Under the pieces are notes generated by a model, which saw nothing but the letters and a program-made list of their open reading frames with translations, made no database searches and had not been told where the DNA came from. A stretch of DNA of 64,000 nucleotides from Phaeosaccion multiseriatum (lineage: Eukaryota > Protista > Ochrophyta, other classes): positions 992,001 through 1,056,000 of the forward strand of contig OZ218954.1 of NCBI GenBank assembly GCA_965112735.1. Direction: 5' to 3'. The first letter of the stretch is position 1; every line of letters starts with the position of its first letter. Made by a program: the position numbers and the translations under genes. Positions 12,660 through 31,608 of the stretch are shown in pieces.

Positions 12660-14868
12660 ATGCAGAATGGTGGAGCCAAAAGATGCCCGTCGTTGCTGGT
12701 GCTTCTAGTGGGGCTGGTCTTGCAGCTGGCCACCGGCTTCTCTCTGTTGTTGCCGGCAAGGTGGGTCCGTCCATCCCACACGCAGGACGAAGATCTGGTG
12801 CAGTGTCGCACCACCACCGCCCTTCATGCTTCACATTTATGCCGTCCGAGTGAGGAGCAGCTGCAGCGGCAGCAGCAGGAGGAGGAGCTGGAGGATTGGC
12901 CTCAAAGCGATCGACGAGGTTGGTTGAGGCGGACAGGTGCTTCACTTGCTGGACTGACGATGGGAGGGGCACTTGGAGCAGTACATATGAGTAGGGCACC
13001 GGTAATAGGAGCAGCGGCGGCAGCAGCAGCAGCAGCAGCAGAGGAACGACGCCCTGTGTACGCGTCGGGGCGGGGTGGCACTGGTGGCAGAGAGGGCGAG
13101 GCGCAGAGAGAGCCTTTAGTGCAGACCTTAGTCCAGCTCGAGAAGACCGTGCAGGACCAGTGGCCCAGGTGAGAGAGAGAGAGAGAGAGAAGAGGAGAGA
13201 GGGGGGGGAAGACAAAGGGGTGGGGGGAAGAGAGAGAGAGACAAGAGATAATTGAGAGGGAAAGGGAGAGAGATCGAGAGAAAGACAGAGAGAGAGAACG
13301 AGAGAGAGGAGAGAGATGTCCACCCCAAGAAGCACCCTCCCTCAGCACCCCCTAAGGACGCTATACCCAATGCCCAACCTCCCTCACATGATGCCCAATC
13401 TCAGGTACCTGGACGATGACGTCATGTCCAATGCCGCTCTCATCATCACGGCCTCCACTGAGGAGGAGGGAAAGGACGGCGGGCAGCCCATCATGGGGGC
13501 CAAGGTGCCTCTGAGCAGCCTACCCTCCTTCCCCGCCATGCTGCAGGTGGGTGGGAGAGAGGAAGGATGGCAGTAGAAGGTGGAGGTGGGGGTGATAGAG
13601 AGATGGCAGTAGAAGGTGGAGGTGGGGGTGATAGAGAGATGGCAGTGGAAGGTGCCTCTGGTGAGGTGACGTTGACTTAGGCTAGGTAGGCGTCCGCTGT
13701 GTCACCAACTGCTGCTGGTGATCTACAGCTACATACATGTCATCTCCCTCTCTCCCTCTCTCTATCCGTCCCTCAGATGTACGAGGCGAATATGCTGCCT
13801 GGCAAGAAGTGGAGTGACTACAGCGAACAGTCGCTGCTCGTCACGGTGCGTCACAAGAAACAAGAGTTGTCCTTTCCTTTGTCGGCGTTGCTTTGTTTCT
13901 CCATCGTCATCCATCACACCATCACGAACAGACCCAAAGGTGTGCAAGTGCAGTAACAACCTCCCCTCCCCTCCCCCCTCCTCTCCCCTCCGCTTCTCTT
14001 CCCTCCCCTCCCCTCCCCGCCCCGCCCTCCCCCCACTTCCACTCCCTCCGTCCCTCCCTCCCTCACTCCCTCACTCACTCACTCACTTACTCACACACTC
14101 ACTCCCTCCCTCCCTCCCTCCCTCCCTTCCTTCCTTCCTTTCTTCCTTCCTTCCTTCCTTCCTTCCTTCCTTCCTTCCTTCCTCCTTCTCCCCTCCCTTA
14201 CTCGCCCCATCTTGCCCTGTTGAACAGGTGAAAGTGTGCACTCCCTCTTCTGAGGAAGGAGGAGGTCTTCTGAGCCTGGCCAAGGCCAGTGGCTGCTCTA
14301 CCCAAGGAGGAGGAGGAGGTAAGCTTCAGTTGCAGTTTTTTATACCTCGGTTTTTATCAATTCTCGAGCATATGGACATCGATGCGCTCATCCATGAGCC
14401 CACACGGACGAAGAAGAAGGAGACAGAAGAAATGGGCCTTCGCAAAGGTCCCGACCCTCTGCTCTTCACCCCGTTCGGAGTCTTGCTCTTGGGCCTACGA
14501 AAGTCTTTCTTGGCCTTCTGACCTCCCTCCCCCCCCCCTCCCCCCCCTCGTCCTCCTCCTCCCCCCCGTCCCTCCTCCCACCTCCTCCTTCCCTCCTCCT
14601 CGCCCCCACCACAGGACGAGGCAGCAGCACTAGCAGCAAGTCTGCAGCAGCAGCAGCATCCCCCCCCCCCCTCCTCATTGGTCAATCTCCCATCAAGTAC
14701 TTTGCAGGCATGGAGGATACTCCCATGCTCAAAGACTTTCCGCAAGTGGCACAACAGACCTTCCGACTGCCTGGCGTGATCCTACTTGGGCCTCCGGGGG
14801 CAGACGGGATGCCCAAAGAAGGCTTCACCTTCGACCCCGTCAAGGGCATTGCAGGGGGGGAGGAGTAG
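12660..14868 (+). CDS. Putative thylakoid-lumen protein (signal + transit + twin-arginine presequence) with a CycH/CcmI-C-terminal-like domain
   Basis: Exons 12660-13168, 13405-13546, 13777-13845, 14228-14318 and 14615-14868 splice in frame via GT-AG. The signal peptide ends in ATG-F, followed by SDRRGWL, a hydrophobic stretch and poly-Ala. Confidence 0.65.
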
Positions 14869-15000
14869 ATGGCAGCCAACAGCGAGGGCAGCCGACAGCG
14901 ATGGCAGCCAACAGCGATGGCAGCCAACAGCGATGGCAGCCAACAGCGATGGCAGCCAACAGCGATGGCAGCCAACAGCGATGGCAGCAAACAGCAATGG
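14869..15000 (+). repeat. 16-bp tandem repeat ATGGCAGCCAACAGCG, ~8 copies, immediately after the stop codon
   Basis: Directly visible. Confidence 0.93.
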
Positions 15001-16225
15001 GGCCTGAGTCTCTCCCTCCGAGTCCCTCTGTGAATTCCTCCTGAGGCGCCCCTCCCTCTCACCCTCACTCTCTCTTCCCTTTCTCTCCTCTCTCTCCCTC
15101 TCACCCTCACTCTCTCTTCCCTTTCTCTCCTCTGTCTCTCTCTCACTCTCCCTTTTGTCTTTGTGTCTTTCTCTCTCTTTGAGTCACTCCCTGACTCACT
15201 GTTGTTGAGTCTGGCCTGAGCAGCAGACTGATGAGGCAGGTCACCCTCGGGAGACCGTAGAGTTCCTTCAGAAAGGGTGCCCAATTCAGAAGACCCAATC
15301 GCTGTCACATCAGCGCTGATGGGGACTGAGCTTTACAAGCTATACCAGCTGATGTGAGTAGAGATTCGCCCCTCTGACTTAGGGAGCTTTCTCTGACTTA
15401 GGGAGCCTTTCTAAACGACTCTACACAGTAAGTCAACCCCCCCCCCCCCCGCCCTCCTCCCCTGAGGTGACTCCCCTTCTTTGCGCCCATGCCCAGTCGT
15501 TGTGTTCAACTTGGAGTGTTGCTGACACGTTGAGTCACTCCTGATGGGTCCCTCACTCTTGAGCAGAGGGAGAGAAGGAGGGAGAGGGAGGGAGAGAGGG
15601 AGGGATGTCTTCATGGCCGGGGGGCGTGCCATGTCATGGTGCCGAATCATTCCACCCCCTTCGCAAGCGGTTGTATCGGCAGGGGTGAAGTGAGAGACCG
15701 TATCAAATCGCTCTGGTTTGGAACAAGTGGTGAGGGGCGCCCTCTTGCTTAGGAGGTAGAGACGTGCACAAGTAGTGGATCATCGACTTTCGGGTCGAGA
15801 TTGCGAGTCGATATCGATTCTGGGTCCTTGGATAGATTGGTTATAAGGGCTCCATTGAAGTGAAACTGAATAATGAAATGCCGCCAAGCCAATTACAACA
15901 AACCACACACACGCACATCACCACCACCCCCAATCCTGTGTGCAGTCAGACCACTACATCCAATATCGAGTATATCGAACACGGATGTCGCCCCTTCCCC
16001 TTCTCTCTCCCCCCCCCCACCTCCCTTGAACCCCTTGGCTTTGCATGCATTGCATCCGGACCTCCGATAACACACACGCCAACCAAACAATCTTAATCTT
16101 AATCTTCCGTCGCATTTGTCTCCTGCATGTCCACATCGTATTCGTCCATAGTCCTCCAATTGTTCCGTCCATCTCGTATTTCGTATTCCCGTCCAAGTAT
16201 AAGTATTGAGTATTCATCCACACGT

Positions 16226-23963
<7,738 letters not shown>

Positions 23964-24128
23964 GATGATTGCCTTTCCCCCTCTCTCTCTCTCTCTCTCT
24001 TCCTCCCGGCTCCTCGATCCCTTCCCGATTTCCGTAACGACGGCCTAACAAACTGATTGCAGGGTCAGAGGTGAGATCGACCGGCGGTGGAGGAGGTAAT
24101 TGAGGGGCGGTTAAGCCCAGGAAAAGAA
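23964..24128. promoter_or_regulatory. Probable bidirectional promoter (KIF9 / L-type lectin)
   Basis: Only ~165 bp separate the divergent ATGs. No promoter element was identified directly. Confidence 0.55.
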
Positions 24129-27100
24129 ATGGTGCCGCTACTCTTTCTCCTCGTCGTGCTGGCGGTGTCGGTGGCGGTGGCGATGAAGCTCGAAGACTTT
24201 AGCTTTTCGCCTCCCTTTGAGGTGAGTCTGGGGAACAAATCGACGAAAATCTTCAAGGACTGTCTCTCTGGCAAGAGTAAAAGAGGGACGCCTGTAATGA
24301 AACGATGAAGTGTCCTGTACATATTCACTTGTTCACCACAGCACCTCCCTGCCCTGAAGAGTAGAGCCGATGTCCCTCTTCCCCTCATTGCTCTCCTTCT
24401 CGAGCGCGCTATCAGCGCGCGATTTCCTCCCTTCCTCTCTGCGGGGCCTTGATCGTCTTGGATTACGTCGGATCGACCTCTTGCATGCCCCATTCCTCGG
24501 CCTGCTGCCTCACAATTTCCAGGCCACTCCTTCTCTCTCTCTGCGCTTTGCATCCTATTACATCTTCGCCCCTGCCCTACTCTTGACCGCCCCTCTTTTG
24601 CCTCTTCTCTATGCAGTGTCTCTCTCCTCACCTTTTCCCCTCTCCATGTCTCTCCGTCTTTAAGCTCCTTCCAGCCCACCTCTCTCTCTCTATCTTTGCG
24701 CCCTGCATCTTATGACCTGCATCTCCCCTGCTCTTTCCCCCCTCCCTCTCTCTCTCTTTTTCTCTGTCTCTCCCATCGCAATGACTCTATGCTTCGCAGA
24801 AAACAGACTTCTTCGGAGTAAGGTGAGGAGCAAATCTTACTTCTTTGCGACTTGCTGTTGCTGCTCCTGCCGCCACCGCCGCCTTCTCCCTCAACAAGGC
24901 TCTGCTCTTGTTCTTGCTCGTGTACCCCATCGCTCTCCTCACCCTTCCACTGCCATCCACCCCACACAGGCTAGTCACAGACGAGTTCGCCCTAGGGGGG
25001 GTGGCGAAAGCAGCAAAGAACTTTGTTCGGCTTACGCCCGATAAACCGGTGAGTGAGTGTGTGAGTGGGCGAGTGAGTAGATGGGTGAGAGAGAGGGTGA
25101 GTGAAGGAGTGAGTTGGTGTCGACTACTTGAACTGGAAGTGACGCTGCTATTCCCATCTCCTCCACACATCATATACCCTCTGTCGCTTCTCTCCTCTCC
25201 TCCCCCTCTCCTCTCCTTTCCTCCCCCTCTCCTCCACCTCTCCTCTCCTCCCCTCTCCTCTCCTCTCCTCTCCTCTCCTCTCCTCTCCTCTCCTCTCCTC
25301 TCCTCTCCTCTCCTCTCCTCTCCTCTCCTCTCCTCTTCTCTCCTCCCCCCCCCCCTCCCCCCTTTCCCTCCTCTCCCTTCGCCTCCCCCCCCCACCTGTA
25401 CCGCGTATCATGCACCCGTATTCACACAGAGCAAGAAGGGAGCCATTTGGTCGCAGGACACAGTCGATGTTTCGGAGCTGACAAGCATCATCGAGTTTCG
25501 AATTTCCGGCAAGAAGGATCGTTTTTTTGGGGATGGCTTGGCATTTTGGATCACGGAAACATACAATCCGTACGATGTTGCTTCTGATGCAGCTGCGGCC
25601 GCTGCTGCTGCCGCTGCTGCGGCTGCTGCTGGTGAAGGAGAAGAGGGGGAGAAGGGAGAAGGAAAACAGAATACCGATGCGGCAGCAGAGGATCAAAGAG
25701 CAAGGGCACGAAGGGCCCTTTTATTAGAGCAAGGAGGAGAGAGCGAGGGAGCGGGAAGCGGCGGCGGCGGCGGCGGAGGAGGAGGAGGAGGAGAAGGGGA
25801 AGCGGGAAGAGGGGGAGAGGAGGAGGGAGGAGCAGAAGGAGAAAGAGGAGGAAGAGGAGGAGGAGGAGAAGAAGGAGGAGAAGGAGGGGGAGGAGCAGGA
25901 GGGGAAGCGCGAGGGGAGGGGGGAGAAGAGGGAAGGGCAGGGGAAGGAGGAGCAGAAACCGATGAGAGCAGGAGACGAAGGCTTTTTGACGGCCATGATG
26001 ACATGGGCTACGGAGGTTCCTACACTGGTCGCTATTTCGGGGACGACGACTTCAGTTTCGGGAGAGGATACCACCGAAACGAGTGGACTCTGGGCGATTT
26101 CCACGCCTACACAGACAAGTTCAAAGGGGTGGGGGTGATTTTCGACACCTATGTCAACGATGTGGCCCAGCACAAGGATGTTACCATGGTGTGGAACGAT
26201 GGCACCAGAGACGTGGAGACGCTGTATGCGACGGCAGTCGGGTGCAATGCCAAGGTTCGCTACCACGAGGGAAGGGACGACTTTGAGCCGGCCAAGGCCA
26301 CCACGAGAGCCAAGGTGGGCAACTGTGATGCTGCTGCTGTATCACCAACTGCTGCTGTTCTTGTATCACGAAGTGCTGCTGCTGTATGACCAACTGCCGC
26401 TGTTACCGCGCGATGTGCAAAAGGATCATGGTGGAATACGTATGGTTGTGTGTGTGTGTGTGTGTCTGGCACCCAGTGGGACTACTTCAGCGGCGAGGGG
26501 AGGCACACTTACATCAGCCCCCCTTTCCCTCTCCCCTTCTCTCGCCCTCCCGCCCTCCCTCCCTCCCTCCCTCCCTCCCTCCCTCCCTCCCTCCCTCCCT
26601 CCCTCCCTCCCTCCCTCCCTCCCTCCCTCCCTCCCTCCCTCCCTCCCTCCCTCCCTCCCTCCCTCCCTCCCTCCCTCCCTCCCTCCCTCCCTCCCTCCCT
26701 CCCTCCCTCCCTCCCTCCTTCCCTCCCTCCCTCCCTCCCCCTCTCCCTCCCTCCCTCTCTCCCTCCCTCCCTCCCTCCCTCCCTCCCCTCCCTCCTTCCC
26801 TCCCTCCCTCCCTCCCTCCCTCTGTATCACCAACTCCCTCCCTCCCTCGTCCTTCAAGATTGTGCTATCCGAGAGGGGTCGGGCTGTGACTGTCTACGTG
26901 GACGAGCGCAACGAGGGCATATGGAGAGTGTGTGGCACCCTAGAGCTCCCCGAGACGACCCCTCTCGATTGGGCCAAGGAGGCCCACGTAGGCCTCACCT
27001 CGAGCACGGGTGAACTGTCGGACAATCATGACGTCATCCGGTTGGAGACATACGCGAATGAAGGGGCTGCGGAAGAGGCCGAGTCCGAGCGACGGGAAGA

Positions 27101-27986
27101 CCCTCATGTAAAGGGCGGCAATAAACTGGTGGGGGAGGTGGAGGAGGAGGCGACAGTGGAGGAGCGGGTGGCGAGATTGGAGAAGCTGCTAAGTCTGATG
27201 CTCGTCAAGATGGAGCGATTGGAGCACGATACCGAACACAAGTTTGAAGATATGAAGGACTATGTGGATGAGTCTGACAATCGAATGACCGGGCATGAGA
27301 GGTCGTTAGAAGATGCCATCAAAGCTCTTGATACTCAGGTGGGTGAGGGGAGGGAAAGGGAGGGAGGGAAGGGAGGGAACTCGCTTACTCACCTATCCAC
27401 TGAGCTATTGCTTGTCTACTTGTCTTGGAGCTGTGCGGAGGAGAGGGAGGAGGACGGCGCTCGCTCACTCACTCTCTCACTCACACACTGACACTCACTC
27501 ACCCACTTACGCACCCACTCACTCACCTACCTACCCACCCACCTACCCAACTACCTACCCACCTATCTACCCACCCACCTATCTACCTACCTACCTACAT
27601 GCCCCCCCCCCCCTCAACCCCTCCGCCCCTCCCTCCCCTTCCTTCCTTCCTTCCTCCTTCCCTCTCTCCCTCCCTCCCTCCCTCCCTTCCTTCCTTCCTT
27701 CCTTCGTCCCTCCCCGCCCTTCGTCCCTCCCCTCCCTCCTTCCCTCCCTCCCTTCCCCCGTCCCTCCCCTCCCCTACCTACCTACCTACCTACCTACCTA
27801 CCTACCTCTTAGGTGAAGGAACACGAAGTGAGATTAAAGGGCGAACTCAACTCCAAGATTGACATTGCAGTGGAGGATGTGGGGCAGTGGAAGAGGCCAT
27901 TCATTGCCATCTTGCTGCTGTTGGGGGTGGCCATGGCGGTGCTGAGCAGGTGGTATCGAAAGCTTATCAAGTCGCATCTGCTTTGA
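24129..27986 (+). CDS. L-type (legume-like) lectin membrane cargo receptor, ERGIC-53/VIP36-like
   Basis: Signal peptide, then FSFSPPF, VRLTPDKPSKKGAIWS, EFRISG..FFGDGLAFW, FKGVGVIFDTYVN and GLTSSTGELSDNHDV, a coiled coil, a C-terminal TM helix and tail RKLIKSHLL*. Confidence 0.88.
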
Positions 27987-29055
27987 AGAATATGAGTGCT
28001 TGATTGATTCATAAAGGACAAGTAATGAATTAACGAAACATACGTGATTGATTCATAAAAGACAATTAATTAATTAACGAAACGTATGTTCACCACCGAG
28101 CGTTCCTGGGTGCGCGCGCACCGATCGCGCACCACAGAAGAAAAGCTTCACAAGTTCCTTCTCCTCCCACCCCTCCGACTGACTGCCCTGACTGCACACG
28201 AATTATCTGAAGACTACGCAGTAGTGCGTACGACTCAAAGCAAAGCCGACGCAGGGCATATGTCGAACATGAATGCTGCACCCTCCGTGCTCTACCCTTG
28301 TGCTTTACCCTAATATTAATGCTTGCTTTATGACACTTCTGGCACCGTTGTGAGCCTCCTGGTACGTACGTATGAATCAATAGTGAATGGCTTAACCCCC
28401 CCCTTGTGGAGAAGAAAAGAGAAGAGAAAAGAACAGAAAAAATTCCCCTTCTTTCCCTTTTTGTTTCTCTTTCTATTTCACCTCCTTTTGGTCAGTCCTT
28501 ACTCGAGGTTCACTCCCTCCTCAACTCCGTCATGAGAAATATAAATGAAGAGAGAGTTCCCACTCAACTCACCCCTTCCGACCCCTTTCGACCCCTTCCG
28601 TATGGCCGCACCCCTCCCTGCTTCACCGCCACGCCTTCATCTCCCTCTCCCTTCTCTCTCTCCTCGGACATACAAAAGCAATGCTCTCTCGCACTGATAC
28701 TTTGTAACCACGGCGCAGCCCTCCTCCTCCTGTCCCCCCCCCCCCCCTCCTCCTCCTCCTCCTGCTTCTCCTCCTCCTCCTCCTCCTCCTCCTCCTCCTC
28801 CTCCTCCTCCTCCTCCTCCTCCTCCTCCCCGTGTCTCCTATTCCTCCTCTTACCCCTCAACTTCTCCCTCTACTCCCTCTTACAAATCTGTGCTCTGCTT
28901 GCTGCTACTCCTTTACCATCATGCTCTTCTCCTTCTCGCCTCCAACTCGGCTCTCTGCCGGGCTCAAGCTTTGGTGAATAATCGATCCCCAAGTTCAAAC
29001 AGCGAAAAAACGGCAACCCCACCTGCCGCCCGAGTCGGGGGGCGAGCCCAAGTAC

Positions 29056-29741
29056 TCAATTAGACGAAGCGGCAACACTTGGAGCACTTGCAGCAGCATC
29101 AGCAGCTGGTGATACAGCAGTTGGTGATACAGCAGCGACGACAGCCCCGAGCCCTGCCGCAATCATGTCTTGATCGAGCTGCTGCGCCGCCGCTTGCTGC
29201 CCGGCTCGAATCAGCGTTCGATGGGCCGCCTTGTACAGCCAAGGGTCGAAGGCAGCGGCACCCCCATCTCCTCCTTCCATCGCGGTAGCACCACCTCCTG
29301 AAGCAGCGGCGCCGCCACCTGCAGTGTTGGCGGCGTCTCCCACACCACCCGAAGCACCAACACCCCCACCAGTACCAGTAGCAGCAGTTGGTGATACAGC
29401 AGAAGCATCACTATCAGCGGCAGCAGCAGCAGCAGCAGCGGCCTTGTTGACGCCATGATGCTGGAGCGCGACAGCGCAGGCTGCGGCAACAGGCCCGGCC
29501 CCGCCACCTGGAGAGGAGAGGAGGAGGACCTCGTGGACGAGACTCAAAGCTGCCTCCCAGGCCCTAGCGGATTCACAGGCGGCCATCGCCATACGGTATG
29601 CAAGAGGGTCCTGGGAGGGGAGGAGGGGGGAAGGGACGGGGGGCAGGGAAGGAGAGCGTGATCAATCTTACAAGGCATGGAGAGAGGGGAGAGAGGGAGA
29701 GAAGAGAGAGGGACAGACAGAGAGGTAGGAGATAGAGAGAG

Positions 29742-29773
<32 letters not shown>

Positions 29774-29849
29774 GAGATAGACAGAGAGAGAGAGAGAGAG
29801 ACAGAGACAGAGAGAGACGGACAGACAGAGAGGTAGAAGATAGAGAGAG

Positions 29850-29885
<36 letters not shown>

Positions 29886-31573
29886 GCACCGACCGTCCTT
29901 CCTTCCTTCCTTACCCTGGGCACATTATGGTTCTTCATCTCATCCAACACGACAAGGGCGTCCTTGGCAGACCCGAGCTTGGCCGCCACAAAGAGTGCAC
30001 TATTGTAGGCCAGGGCTCCTCGGCTCAACTCGTCTGTCTGGTACAGGTGTTGGTTGCCGTGTCTGTGTTGGCGACTGTTCTGCCTCGTCAGCTCAAAGAG
30101 AAGCTGCATGGCCGTGCTCATAGCGCTGTCCCGGTTCTTGAGCACCTCTGCCACCGCCGCCATCTGTGAATCTGCCGTCGATTGTGCCTGTGATTCTGCT
30201 TCTGACGCACTAACTGCTGCTGATGCTCCTGATGCTCCTAAGGGTGACTCCTGGGGAGGGCGTTGGCCGGCGGCCGCACAAGCTCGGATGGCGGAAGAAT
30301 ACGTAACCTCGTTAGGAACAATGCCTGAGAGGAGAGACGTGTGTAACGGACACGCAGGGAGGGAGGGAGGGAGGGAGGGAGGGGGTGATGGAGAGGGGGG
30401 GCGGAAGGTGAGGGTGTGCGAGAGAGACAGTGAGAGAGATGAAGACGGAGATGCAGAGGAAGGGAGGGAGGGAGAGGGAGGGGAGGGGTGATGAGCAAGA
30501 GAGAGAGAGAAAGGTCCACAAGTGCCTACCCATAGCTACCATAACTCTCTCTCACTCCTCACATACCTTACACGCCTCACATACCTCTCACACCCTCACC
30601 ACACCCTCACCACAACACCCCACGCTCTGACTAATGCGGCAGCTGTACGACCAACTCTCTCATGCCCACTGATGACCACTCACACCCACTCCTGCCCACG
30701 CAACGCCCCCGCTCGTGCTCAATCACTCACTCACTCACTCACTCACTCACCCACTCACTCACTCACTCACTCACTCACTCACTCACTCACTTACTCACTC
30801 ACTCACTCGCATGCCCCCTTACGCCCAGTCTATTATGCCGTCGACTCACCCTTAAACTTCATGTCGTGCAGCAACTTGGCACATGCCTGGAACCTTCCCA
30901 GCTTCTCCAACGCTGCCATAAGCAACCCGAAAGTCGTCGTGTCCCTCCGCCTGAGAGGAATGCCCTCGGCGAACTCAACCACTTCTTCCCAGCGCTCCTC
31001 TGTTGACAGGGCCCCGAGAATGATGTTCTGCATGCCAATGCCTACAAAGATGGGTCTCCGGCCGGTACCGCTGCCGCTGCTGTCATCTGTGGCTCTGCTG
31101 CGGGATGTCCGACGGCTTGGGTCGTCTTCCTCCTTCTTCTTCTTCTTCTTCATCTTCTCCCGCGGTGCTGCTGCTTCTCCTGCCGCTGTATCACCAACTG
31201 CTGCTATGTGATCGCCAGCTGCTGCTGCCGCTGCTGCTCCTGCCACTATAGCGGCCTCTGCTGCTCCAATGCTCCCCTCCCCTGCCCTTCCACTGCCATC
31301 CCCACCATCTGCTGCCTTTTCAATCGCCGCCACCAGACTCACCGCCCTGTCCACGTGCCCACAGGAACAGAACACCTTGAGCAGGGCCGACAACTGTGAG
31401 GGCGTCAGCACCACCCCCTCCGCCGCACTCCGTTCCATGAGCTTATCGGCAACCAGCACTCTGTAACGCTTGGCCTCTTGCGCCTCCCTCTCCTCCCTCT
31501 CCTCCCTCTCCTTTCCGTCCACTGCCACTTCTTCTCGTCCTTCTTGCTCCCCCTTTGCCTGCTGTATCACCAA

Positions 31574-31608
<35 letters not shown>

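Noticed and set aside
15000-16225. Intergenic region with short direct repeats (CTCTGACTTAGGGAGC x2) as possible ncRNA or TE remnant
   Set aside because: No recognisable tRNA, snRNA or TE hallmarks could be supported by eye.
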